Shown: positions 1 through 11,149 of the stretch, piece after piece
How positions within the stretch are numbered: the first letter of the stretch is position 1
Layout of the letters: each line of letters opens with the position of its first letter
Source of the DNA: Adineta vaga
Lineage: Eukaryota; Animalia; Rotifera
DNA length: 64,000 nt
Assembly: GCA_021613535.1 (NCBI GenBank)
Contig: CP075493.1
Span: 12,152,001-12,216,000, forward strand
Reading direction: 5' to 3'
Made by a program: the position numbers and the translations under genes
The notes under the pieces: model-generated
What the model saw: the letters and a program-made list of their open reading frames with translations, nothing else
Told to the model about the DNA's origin: nothing
Databases searched by the model: none

Positions 1-555
1 ATGCTTCAATGTGAAAATGATCAATTGCCATGTCCATCAAATGCAACAGAAAATGTTGTTAAATGTGTCTATTATTCATTTCAAATGACAAATCTAATTA
101 CTATGAGTACATCGGTAATCACTTGGCATAATGCTCTTCGTTATTCTGTTATTAAATTGATTCGTTTCATTCGATGGATCTTATTTCATGGTAATGATCA
201 ACCAAGAAATTTGTGTAGTTGTTTTTTTCCAGCTACATCACGTCGTTTACGTTGTATTATGTATGTTAATTATATTATATTGTGGATCTATCTTCTAGCC
301 ACAGCTATACTTGGTCTTGGCTGGAATAAAACACTTTATCGTATAACAGTTGATGAATTTGGTTCTATTTGGACACCGTTCGTCCTAGCAGCAGATCGAA
401 TATATACACTCAATATGGCTTTAATACCTGAATTATTACAAAATTCGTTAGATACAATAAAACATGGTGATGAATTACTTCTTGTGGATGTTGAAACTCT
501 TATTCATCTGACTTCTAAGAAAACAAAACGTCTACTAACAACTCCCGATAACTAA
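1..555 (+). CDS. 3' end of an uncharacterised, probably membrane, protein (truncated at window edge)
   Basis: ORF runs from the window edge to TAA at 555 and has hydrophobic stretches (YVNYIILWIYLLATAILGLGW). No family recognised. Confidence 0.45.
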   Translation: MLQCENDQLPCPSNATENVVKCVYYSFQMTNLITMSTSVITWHNALRYSVIKLIRFIRWILFHGNDQPRNLCSCFFPATSRRLRCIMYVNYIILWIYLLATAILGLGWNKTLYRITVDEFGSIWTPFVLAADRIYTLNMALIPELLQNSLDTIKHGDELLLVDVETLIHLTSKKTKRLLTTPDN

Positions 556-953
556 TCTAAAAATTTTATAGACGATTCTTTACTTTCTATATAATATTGC
601 ATTACTTATTGAAGAAAACATAAGAAAATTGCATTGGATTAAATCTAATAAATATTTAAACACACTTCAGCTCTAACTCATTTTTTTTTCATCAAGAAAT
701 TTGCAATTCTATTCTTTTTCGATAACAAAGAGTAACACAAACATCTTTGTCGATATTCATGATAATTATGCAATTAAATAACATTACAGCTCTCTTATTG
801 TCTTCTATTACGAAATTGTTTTCTCTTTCTTCCTTGCTTTCTCTATTTCTATAGAAAAGTTTCGCAATTACAATTCGTTGTGAAATTACAACGTGAAATA
901 AAATCTCCTTCATCTTTCTGATTGTATCATTATGTTGCTTGATCATCACGAGT

Positions 954-2196
954 ATGGATACATTTTATAATGATTTAATGACTTTGTGCTCTCAAGATGA
1001 AATATTCTATTTCAAAGATATTCGTTTACATGGAATAAATTATCGTATATTCAACTATCGTTTATGTTCGTATGGAAGATTTCAGACTCATCCTGCAGCT
1101 TTAAATTGTTGTGGAACAATGTTTAATATAACCAATCCAAAATGTGTACAACTTGTTTCATTACCATTAGAGAAAATTTTCGATTATGAAGAAGGTTTTG
1201 GGCAAAAACAGTTTCATGAACGTGGTCAATTTGGTGATAAAATGGAGAAAATGGATGGATCATTGATGACAACATTTTTACATGGTAGAGGATCGAAAGA
1301 ACAAACACTTAGACTTAAATCAAAACAATCATTAACATCAAATCAAGTTCAAGAAGCCATGCGATTGCTTGAAGGTATGTCATCATACCTATATTCAGTT
1401 TAAAATGAAACATTATTTTGATTAAAAAAAAATCTGTATATTTCTCTGTTAAGGCAAATTTAGAACGGAAATCGAACGTTTAATTTGCCTTAATTACACT
1501 GCAAATATGGAATATACAACACCTACAAATCATGTTTTCGTTGCTTATAAACGCCCACAACTTACGGTTTTATCCATTCGATCTCATATTAATGGTGAAA
1601 CTTTATTTGGTAGTCGATTAAAAACTTTTCTTTTGGAAAATAATTTTCCTACAATTCTTGAGCATCTCGTACCATTTGAAACCGTTGCATCTGATGTGAC
1701 ACATGAGGATTTAATTCACGGTACATATCAAGAAACAAGTGGTGAAGGTTATGTTGTTGAAATTAGGCACCCTGATCGATTGCCCTATCTTGTGAAAGTC
1801 AAAACGCAAAAATATTTTATGATTCATGGTGATCGGGGAACTGAAAATTCTCCAAGATCATTATTTGAAGCACTTATATATGGACAAAAAGAGCATTTGT
1901 TGGACTTATTTAAAGTTGATATATCAACATTGAAAAGAATCGAAGATATGGAACAACATATAAGACCCAAATACAACCATATGATTCAAGGTGTTCAACA
2001 CTTTTACATGGTAAATAAACATCTGTCGAAAAAAGATTTCCAACGATTAGTTTCAAACAATGACAACATCAGGATTTATTTACCATTATTGATTAGATTA
2101 TATGACGATGAAGTGAATGATTATCAAGGATTTGCCATGAAGCATGCGAAAGATCTATTCAGTATTGGTGGAAATTTCGTTCAACAGAATGAATAA
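954..2196 (+). CDS. T4 Rnl1 (RnlA)-family ATP-dependent RNA ligase, 2 exons (954-1374, 1454-2196)
   Basis: Colinear with T4 Rnl1 as recalled: FYNDLMTLC, YRIFNY, motif I EKMDGSL, LKSK, TANMEY..PTN, EGYVV, KVKT..Y. The GTATGT...AAG intron at 1375-1453 joins the two ORFs in frame. Confidence 0.92.
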
Positions 2197-2400
2197 CAAC
2201 ACTTGATCGAGATGAGTAGAAAATATCGATGACAATGTAGATGCATGATTTTTGAGTAAGTACGTTTTTTAAAAACTTGATTCAAATGGAAAAAAAATAG
2301 AACACAGAAAAAGCACACGAAAAGTGAGAATGAACTCTTTAAATATTAATGTCTGTATAAATGTCAATTAATCGTTGTAAATGTCGATCACCCTGACTAC

Positions 2401-3974
2401 TTAGAAAAACATATAAGATGAAATGCTTGTGAATAATATAACGGTTGATATGAATAGTGTAATATTTGATCGAGTTTTATCTAAAAGAATAAGTGTACAA
2501 GTTTCACAGAGTTTTAGAAAGAATGGGCGTTGTTGTAACATTTAAAGGCAACAAAACCAAGTCTTACCTGGATTAATGGCACTAGAAGAAACTTCACTGT
2601 TTGTTGACGTTGATGTTGTAGTCGTGTTTGTACTGAATGATGTTGTAGTCGTGTTAGTACTGAATGATGTTGTCACTGTCGTTGCTGTTGTTGTTGTTCC
2701 TGGTGCTGCTACTGTTGTTGTAGTCCCCGCTGCTACTGTTGTTGTTGTTCCCGACACTACTGTTATAGTCGCTGTTTCTGTGGTTGTGGTTGTTGTAGTT
2801 GTTGTTGTAGTAGTTTCTCCAGTGGTTGTTGTGGTTGTTGTTTCTCCCGTGACTGTTGATGTTGTAGTTTCTCCAGTGACTGTTGATGTTGTAGTTTCTC
2901 CAGTGGTTGTTGTGGTTGTTGTTGTAGTAGTTTCTCCAGTGGTGGTTGTTGTAGTTGTTTCTCCAGTGGTGGTTGTTGTTGTTGTTTCTCCAGTGGTTGT
3001 TGTGGTTGTTGTTTCTCCAGTGGTTGTTGTGGTTGTTGTTGTAGTAGTTTCTCCAGTGGTTGTTGTGATTGTTGTGGTTTCTCCAGTGGTTGTTGTGGTT
3101 GTTGTTGTAGTAGTTTCTCCAGTGGTGGTTGTTGTAGTTGTTTCTCCAGTGGTGGTTGTTGTTGTTGTTTCTCCAGTGGTTGTTGTGGTTGTTGTTTCTC
3201 CAGTGGTTGTTGTGGTTGTTGATGTAGTAGTTTCTCCAGTGGTTGTTGTTGTAGTAGTTTCTCCAGTGGTTGTTGTTGTTGTTGTTTCTCCAGTGGTTGT
3301 TGTGGTTGTTGTTGTTGTTGTTGTGGTTGTTGTGGTTGTTGTTGTTTCTCCAGTGGTTGTTGTGGTTGTTGTTGTTGCTCCAGTGGTTGTTGTGGTTGTT
3401 GTTGTTGCTCCAGTGGTTGTTGTGGTGGTTGTTGTTGTGTCTTCAAAGAGCAACGAACATAGTATTATTTTTCTTGGAATTTGCATATACGAAAAATGTT
3501 TGGAATACAATATAAAACTTAGATGTAATCGCTAGTTTCATGTTTATTGATAAAATTAGGAAAATCTGGAGAAATCGTTTTCAGACCCCGCATTTCTTTT
3601 TCATTCATTCATACGTACCTAACGCTGAACTAACACAAGAGCCTTCATTACTATCGCTTGCAATAGTACAATCTGTCTAAAAAAATTGAAATCAGTAAAG
3701 CTCATTTTCTTGCCTTGCACATACGTTGTACAAACAAAAAGAAGCACCACGAGCATCTCCATCTTTAACAACATACCAACATTTCAGTTGTCCATCTGCT
3801 TGTGCTTCACCTGTATCAGCACGTACATGATCTCTAGTATCTTTGAGTGGACAATCACATCCTAATACTTGAGAAAAGAAAACATGAATATGTCGTCGGA
3901 ATATTAAAAGTTATACCTTGGTTGTTACTGATATTGATAAAAAATAGAAGAAGAATTACGATAGTGAGAGACAT
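2401..3974 (-). CDS. Secreted, probably GPI-anchored mucin-like protein: signal peptide + 6-Cys domain + Thr-rich stalk + hydrophobic tail (5 exons)
   Basis: Manually spliced: MSLTIVILLLFFINISNNQ / VLGCDCPLKD...LKCWY...FCLYN / TDCTIASDSNEGSCVSSAL / Thr-rich exon ~3440-2568 / DKTRSNITLFISTVIIFTSISSYMFF*. All junctions are GT-AG. Confidence 0.8.
2780..3440. repeat. Coding tandem repeat of variable-length (about 21-30 nt and longer) units encoding GE(T)n
   Basis: Repeated tttctccagtggttgttgt(ggtt)n units are directly visible. Confidence 0.95.
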
Positions 3975-4391
3975 TTAACTGGAAAACAAATATAAATAAG
4001 TATAGTTAGAAGCGTAAATATACGAAATGACGATGTGAGTTGCCGGTAAATACAATATTTTGTCATTATTTCATCAAACGAATTGACTAAGAGTGTGAGT
4101 ACGTTTTCGATTTATTAGTCATTTCTTCACCTGTATCTAATATCTACGCATTGCTTCACAGTTCGGTGATTATGACGAAGAAAAATGGTGGAAAATGTGT
4201 GTACATACATATCGTGTATATTAAAATTATAATTTTTTCTCCCCGTACCAATAACGTGTTTCTCGATTTTGTGTGGAGCTGATCCGCGGTTGATTTCTGA
4301 CATCTTGGTATTGTAAAAACTACATTTGTTACATCCTCCTGTCTCTGAGGTGTTGCTCCTCAAATTTTTCTCACCAATTCTCACCATTATG

Positions 4392-4443
4392 ACACCTTTA
4401 CTAATGCGTTATCGTTCATTATGTGATCTTCATCAGAAGATGC
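4392..4443 (-). ncRNA. Degenerate minimal type I hammerhead ribozyme (Penelope-like element type)
   Basis: Minus strand reads GCAUCUU-CUGAUGA-A-GAUCA-cauaa-UGAAC-GAUAA-C-gcauua-GUA-AAGGUGU. Stem I has 7 bp including G-U pairs and the CUGAUGA core is intact. Stem II pairs 4/5 and the GAAA box is interrupted by a U. Confidence 0.5.
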
Positions 4444-5185
4444 TATTTTTGTAATTTATATCTAATCAGAACGAATCTAATAGACGTGTCTTTTGGTGAT
4501 GGCATCGTTGTAATTGAAAGTATGTCTATGGAAGTGTAGTTTGAAAAAGTTTGGTAAGATAGCTACCATAGGACTACTGTTATATGAGCTGTTCGTTAGA
4601 AAGAGTACATCAAGTTGTGTTATTCTACTCATCTATATAATGTTATATTTCTTCTGATTATTAATATATATCTAAACGAATATCACCATCATTTGATATC
4701 TAAGCTCATCGGTACATTCTCCATAAAATCTCATACTTTTCCGTATCAAATTGTTGATAGTAAGACACATGATAGGTATAATTTTGTCATTTGTTATTTT
4801 ATCGTCTTCGTATTCGTATCGTAACATTTTAATTTGAGAAAACAATCATCAATTAAAAATCGATTTGTTTGTCTACGTTTTTTTGTTTCTAGCATCCAAA
4901 GCATTAATAAATCTATGAGAGAGCGATAGGAACTAATAATCATTCCGTTTGAGATATCCGGGTAAAATCATGTACATATAATATCTGTTTTACTTCTTTC
5001 CATCGGCGAGTAGACTTTTTGAATTTGTGAGTATGAGTAGGCCGTAAGTTGAAAAGAAAAAATGTTCTTCATTACAGAAACATTATATAATATTCAAAAA
5101 CAAATTCAAATAAAATTAAAACGAGCTGAGTTAAAGATAATATTTTTGAAAAATAAGCAGCCATTATGATAAGTCAGATAGATAT

Positions 5186-7007
5186 TTATGATGACATGCT
5201 TGTGAATAATATGATAATCGATGAGATGAATATATAGATACTTGCTTGGAATTTATCTATAAGAATAGATACTATTGTTATTGATGGTATGTTTGAAAAA
5301 ACAAGTAGCTATTACTTAGAGTTCTACCATTAGATCTAGTGCTTGTCAACGTGATTTGTGCTGGAACTGTCGTATTTGATGTTGTAACATTCATTGCGGT
5401 TGTCGATATTGTTACTCCCATGGTGGTTGTCGATACTGTTGTGCTCATTGTTGTCGTCGACGTTGTTCCGCCCATCATCGTGGTCGACGTTGTTCCGCCC
5501 ATCGTAGTGGTCGACGTTGTTCCATCCATCGTAGTGGTCGACGTTGTTCCATCCATCGTAGTGGTCGACGTTGTTCCATCCATCGTAGTGGTCGACGTTG
5601 TTCCATCCATCGTAGTGGTCGACGTTGTTCCATCCATCGTAGTGGTTGATGCTGACACTGTATTTGCTGAAATTGACAGTTTAAAAAAATTTATTTGACT
5701 CTCATTTGAACATTAGGAAGGTGTTAGTATGAATGTGAGTGATACTATCGCTCCTATTCTTAACGATTTTCAGTTTCTGAAAACGATGAGTCTAATTCAA
5801 TTGAGAAGTTCTCCGACCGATTGACCACTCATGAATTAACGTAAAGGTCGTTGACGTAAATATGAAATAGAAATTTGGAAATTTAATGATCCTTTTTCAA
5901 TAATTCAATGTGCTGATCCTGACTAAAGATCTAATGAAAACGTCAAAAACTTGTTTTAAAACAAAACTATCTATAGAATATATTTCGCAAAAAAGAGAGA
6001 AGGGAATATTCTTAGTGTAATCAATGAATGTCTTCACTGATAACTATATTCAAGAAACTAAATAGCTAGAACGTACTTTGAGTACCAACACAATATCCAC
6101 CATGTTGATCCAGTAAAAGTGCACAACTAGTCTAAAATGAAATGAAAATTATAGAATGTATCGATATTTGATTGTATTATTACATACCGCATTATACGAG
6201 CAACCATTGTCGCTAATATTATATCCACATGTTAAAACTCCATTAGTTATTGTAGAACCAAGAAGAGGAGCACCTTTACTATCTGCAGTAGGACACGTAC
6301 ACTGAGATGCTATACAAAAGTTTAAAAAAAAGCAATAATATTCATAAATAAAAACTGAAGAGATGTGATAACATCTGAGATGAAATCATCCTGTATTAAT
6401 CGAACACACTCTGTGTATATTAAGCAAACTCACTGAAGTACATATCTCATATTCAAATATTTGTCATAGGAGAAGATTTACTAGTTGCGGTAGTTATCGT
6501 CATCGTCGTTGTTGTAGTTCCTCCACCTGGTAGTGGTGCTGCAGATGTTGTTGTTGCTGCTGCTATTAAGAAAAAAGAAAGATTGATAGTGATAGTCATT
6601 TAGAAAATTAACATTTTTCTACTAAAATATTTATTGAAGACATATTACTTACGTGCTTGAGAAGGACAAAAAGTTGAATCACCATCAGTTGCAATAGTAC
6701 AACTTGTCTAAAAGATCTCAAATCAGTCAATGTTATATTCATGATTTTGACATACTTGATAGAGACAATATAGATTAGTACGAGCATCTCCAGCATTAAC
6801 TACATAATAACATTTCAATTGACCGTTTGTTTGTACATCACCTGCATCAGCAAGTACATAATTTCTATTATCTTTTTGTGGACATTCACATCCTAATATA
6901 CAAGAAAACAACATATACTACTTAGTATAAATATTTCAAAACTAACCATCAGTTTTGTTTAGATTGATCAAAAATATGAGAAGAATCACAACAGTCGACA
7001 CATACAT
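5186..7007 (-). CDS. Paralogous GPI-type mucin-like protein with two Cys-rich domains and a TTTMDGTTS repeat stalk (~8 exons)
   Basis: MYVSTVVILLIFLINLNKTD / CECPQKD...LKCYY...YCLYQ / TSCTIATDGDSTFCPSQA / Thr linker / QCTCPTADSKGAPLL...LTCGY...GCSYNA / TSCALLLDQHGGYCVGTQ / repeat exon / DKFQASIYIFISSIIILFTSMSS*. Exon organisation parallels the 2401-3974 gene. Confidence 0.78.
5455..5645. repeat. 27-nt coding tandem repeat (~7 copies, TTTMDGTTS)
   Basis: atccatcgtagtggtcgacgttgttcc is repeated in tandem. Confidence 0.95.
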
Positions 7008-7529
7008 TTTTACTCGAGAAATGATAAATATAAATGAATGTAATTATAAATGCGTAAATAATATAAAATGGGCGATATTTTTTTTTGAAAATATATTTTT
7101 TGCTATTTGTCATCATTATAATATAGGATTGGTAGAGCGTTTTTTTTTATTCATTCGTCCTTCATCTATCTGTACGATATTGTTGTATACTGTTTGATTC
7201 GTGGATAGCTATAGTGAAGAAAGGGTAAACAAAAAGGCATTTGTATAAGTTTAGAGTAAAATGAGCAAGCTATATTTGTTTGCCCTCAGCCACGTGATTA
7301 CCTGCACATCAATATGTATTTGCATGATAGAAATAAATATTAAATGAGACTTAACAAATTATGATTACAATAGATTAGTCAATGTACAAAGAAGAATCGA
7401 TGTTTTATACTCAATGATATCCTTAGTCATTTACATCTGTAAGCCTCTCTCCTCACATTCGATATTTCACGTTTATTTTGACTTTTATTAAATAAAACAA
7501 TAACATCAAGTTTTTTACTCAACTAACTA

Positions 7530-8491
7530 ACGGGTGTCAAAGAATAAATGATCCTCTCAGTATTTTGCTTATAACTTTTTTCTTTTTGATCTTTAGAGCT
7601 GCTTGTTTTACCAAAAGATGCGCCTTGAAATTCTCTACAGAATCATAATTGATCTCACATTTATAAAATGTTAGGAAAAACCATTAAATGAAAAATATTG
7701 CAAACATAAAATATACCTAACTTTCAAAAGGAGAAAATGTCATGTGAATGAGTAGTTTTTTATATGTTATTTTTAATCATCAAGCATATATACTCTCATT
7801 AACACTATAGCATACAATGCAGCGTGAAAAGCTCTATAAGATCCATCATTAAATTTAGTTTGTACATATACTTTTTATTTTCAAAATAATGCAGAGCTGT
7901 TTTTCGAGTTTACAAGAATGATCATGCTTTTGTCACATAGGTTTTTAGATAATTTTAAAAAGATTGATGTGTTCGTATAGAATGACTTGTTATGGAAATT
8001 GTAGAGCTTTTAATTGCGCATCTTGTGATATATACAGATTTATTGGCTTAGAAGACGTTAGGTATAATAAAAATGAAATAAGAATAACGAATTTCGAATG
8101 TGTATATGAAGTGACCTTTCTTGTAAACTCGAAAAATAGTTATACATCGTTTTGAAAATAAAAAGTACATGCATAAACTAAATTTAATGTTGAATCTTGG
8201 AGAACTTTTCACGCTGCATCTTTTAGTATAATTTGTTCGTAAAAAAAACGTATAGATAACAATACTGATCGTTTGCGAAACAGTTTTGGCTTTGAAAGTT
8301 AAGTATATATTATGTTTGCAATATTTTTCATTTAATGGTTTTTCTTAACATTTTATAAATGTGAGATCAATTATGATTTTATAGAGAATTTCACGAGGAG
8401 TCTTTTGGTAAAAAAATGTTTTCTTAAGCACTGAAAAATGAATGAAATACATGGAAAATACTGAGAGGTTCATTCATTTTGTGACACCCGT
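7530..8491. mobile_element. Non-autonomous DNA transposon (MITE) with long imperfect TIRs, Tc1/mariner-like, TA target duplication
   Basis: TA|ACGGGTGTCA...TGACACCCGT|TA. Inverted similarity extends ~200 bp (7641-7728 vs 8290-8378) plus a further inverted block (~7817-7835 vs ~8201-8219). No transposase ORF. Confidence 0.85.
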
Positions 8492-8853
8492 TATTTCAAC
8501 TTTTAGAATATTTTGAAACAGTCTTTATAAACACTCATAGACTGTATTTCCAACAGAACCGTCTGCGAAACTTGAAGACAATAAAGATACAGATGGATCA
8601 ATGGAGAATGGGAGTTTCCTGTGTATACTTCGGATTTATTGGAGCATCAATATCATATTTGTTGTATTATTCTTTGAAAATGAATAAGCATTAAAATCCT
8701 ATCTGTCTAATAGAAATAAATCAAATGCACACGTCAAATATTGATTGATAGATTTATCTTTCGTATAATCTTCGAATACAAATAAGAGACTACATATAGA
8801 TTACTTTTAAAGACTGTGTCGCAATACCATCATAAAGCAGCACTATGAGATAA

Positions 8854-8912
8854 GGGTGTGGGTGTGGGTTAAGAGTATAGCCTGACATACATTCCCCCTC
8901 ACACCCACACCC
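8854..8912. repeat. Short inverted telomere-like TGTGGG repeats
   Basis: GGGTGTGGGTGTGGG at 8854-8868 and the inverted ACACCCACACCC at 8901-8912. Confidence 0.55.
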
Positions 8913-9149
8913 TCAAAATTCCCAGGGAACGTGTACGAGGAATAAAATAGGCCGATTTCATGAACCAATTTTCGATAAAAATCGGCTTTTCGATCTGCTC
9001 TGTAGCAGTTAGCACAAGATCCGAGGCAAAACTAAATATCAATTCATACATAACTCGACGAAGGCTGCAAAAATAGCAGACTTAAATCTTGTCAGAAAAA
9101 AATCCTGTAAAACCTGAGCGGGACCTGCCAAGGGGGAAAAGGCAGACTT

Positions 9150-9285
9150 TTGTACTTCAAGTAACTTTGTGATACTTCGGAGTACTTGGATGTAATCTCA
9201 AGTACTTTAAGCTACTTTTAGTCTACTTCTGCCTACTTTAAATTACTTCAAGTACTTCCGTTACTTTAGAGCTTCTAAGTATTTG
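9150..9285. repeat. Degenerate ~10-12 nt tandem repeat with TACTT core
   Basis: tacttcaag, atacttcgg, agtacttgg, agtacttta, ctactttt, ctacttct, ttacttcaagtacttcc occur in series. Confidence 0.6.
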
Positions 9286-9289
9286 TAAT

Positions 9290-9556
9290 TCGCAATATAA
9301 CTGTCAGCACAGATTGAAAATTACTCAAATAATCGATGAATTTGATGAAACATATGTGAAAGAAAAAGCGATATTGTGGTATACAAGAGAATCATGTACT
9401 TATCGTTTACTAAATAAAGCATTTCGATTACAAAATATTTCAACTTTAATTTTAATGAAATTTTTTATCAAAGAGTTATATTTTCAATTATTAGATCAAT
9501 ATCTTTTATATTTCGAAGATAATTCGATGGATTGTAAACATGTTAATGATAGTTGA
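9290..9556 (+). pseudogene. Fragment of an ART(-TPR) family gene (pre-ART helical region)
   Basis: AILWYTRESCTYRLLNKAFR...FFIKELY matches AISWYTRQTILFKKLNEAL...FFIKDLH of the intact gene at 61455-63594. There is no start codon and no catalytic domain. Confidence 0.7.
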
Positions 9557-11149
9557 TGAAATGATTTCTAATGTTTATTTCTTATGAGAAATTGAACAGA
9601 ATGCAACGTAATAGAAAACGAAAAGTTTGTTCATCAAAATTAGTTTCATTCTGTTCTGCTTCAAGGAGTTTTGCATGAAGCTAAAGAGAAATCGATAATA
9701 TTAAATAACAGTTGAACGAAAAAGAAGAAATAGTAAGAAATATCAACCTTTACAAAGGTTTATTTTCGTTAAAATTTGCCTTGATAATGGTAATTTTACT
9801 TCGACCATCGGTGAAGAAGTTTATCATCAATGTTTGGAATGTTATGACATTGAATTTGATTTTTGTTATCTAAATCCTAAAAAATCAAGTTTTTGAATAA
9901 TACTTACTTCTATTATAATAACTTGTTCATAAGGATTAATTAATGGTCACTAGAAAAAAGGATTATTTCAATTCGTCATCCAACCAATACTTACTTTTCG
10001 ACTAATTAATTCACGAATACGATTCATCGTACGAGAAGAAATTTCATGGTCAACTATATTTTCTGATGATTCTGACTAAAAGATCAATTGATATATACAA
10101 ATTTGTGAGGTAATCGTAATGGGGATGCAAATATAAACTCCAACCTCCGCTAGAAACGATAGACAAGATCAAATGGTCGAGAACTTTCACTAAAAAATAA
10201 TATAAAAACCTACCAGACCCAATACTAAGTGTGAGAGACAATGTAGTGATATCTATCACGTTTATTGGGGGTAAACAAGGACAGAATCAGGATCACGAAA
10301 TAACTGCTGTGCGAACATAGAAAAACATCTCTATATGTATAACTAGACATATAAAGAGAAACACAACAAAAAGAATAATAACACGAGAAAAAGAAATGAA
10401 AAGAAAAGAGACACAACGAAGAAGATCATCATGAAGACATGATGATCAAGAGAAGACCACATTCCACAGGAAAGAAAGAAAACATGTATGTGGTGACTAG
10501 AATGGAATGTAGAAGAGGAAAGGAAAAAAGAAAATACATGTATATGGAAGGTAGCGTCATGAAGTAATATCCAATGACGCTAAGAAAATTTAAGAAATAA
10601 ATCAAGACTTACAGCATAATTTGTTTTAACATCAACTGGTGATCCTAATGAATTGTCAAGTGAGTTTTGACGAGTATAGTTCCATATATTTCCCTAGATG
10701 TTATATTGATTAAGAAGCTTTGAATTGTTGATCGAACCATCTGATAATTGTTCAGAAATATCACCTTTTAAAATTACAAGATCATTAATCAGAATAAAAC
10801 AAAATTTTTTGAAAATAATTTTAACAGGAAAATAATTTTACTGTAGTTGTTTTCAAGATGAACTTATCAAGAAACTCATCCATGGTTGTAGGTGAGGGTG
10901 TTGGAAGGAAAGTGTGGAGGTTGAAAAGTTTAAAACTCGAAGCTTCGACTTCTAGATATATAAGTTTAATACTCGAATCGAGTTAACGATTTCTACACTA
11001 CTCTTACAAAGGCGAACTGTTGCACGGTGCTTCATTTTCTGCACTTACAACAAATTAAATAATTGACATATTTCAAGAAGTCTCTATGAAAAGTGTCAGT
11101 TTATTTACGAATAAAATAATTACTGAATTCACAACAATGTTCTTAATTT

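Noticed and set aside
2576-3535. Long poly-Val (+) and Gln/Pro-rich (-) ORFs, and the similar 5339-5698 ORF
   Set aside because: They are antisense or alternative-frame shadows of the Thr-rich repeat exons. Only the Thr frame splices to a signal peptide and a GPI-like tail.
5455-5645. Regular 27-nt repeat that could look like a CRISPR array
   Set aside because: There are no unique spacers and no cas genes; it is a coding tandem repeat in a eukaryotic gene.
10060-10170. CTGATGA ... GAAAC as a second hammerhead
   Set aside because: No convincing stems I or II, and the spacing between the core boxes is too long.
10225-10600. Purine-rich stretch with a TAGCGTCAT/ATGACGCTA hairpin; similar low-complexity stretches at ~41240-41520, ~46500-46870 and ~53480-53950
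   Set aside because: They may be repeat remnants, but no termini or target duplications could be defined, and their Phe-rich ORFs are compositional artefacts.
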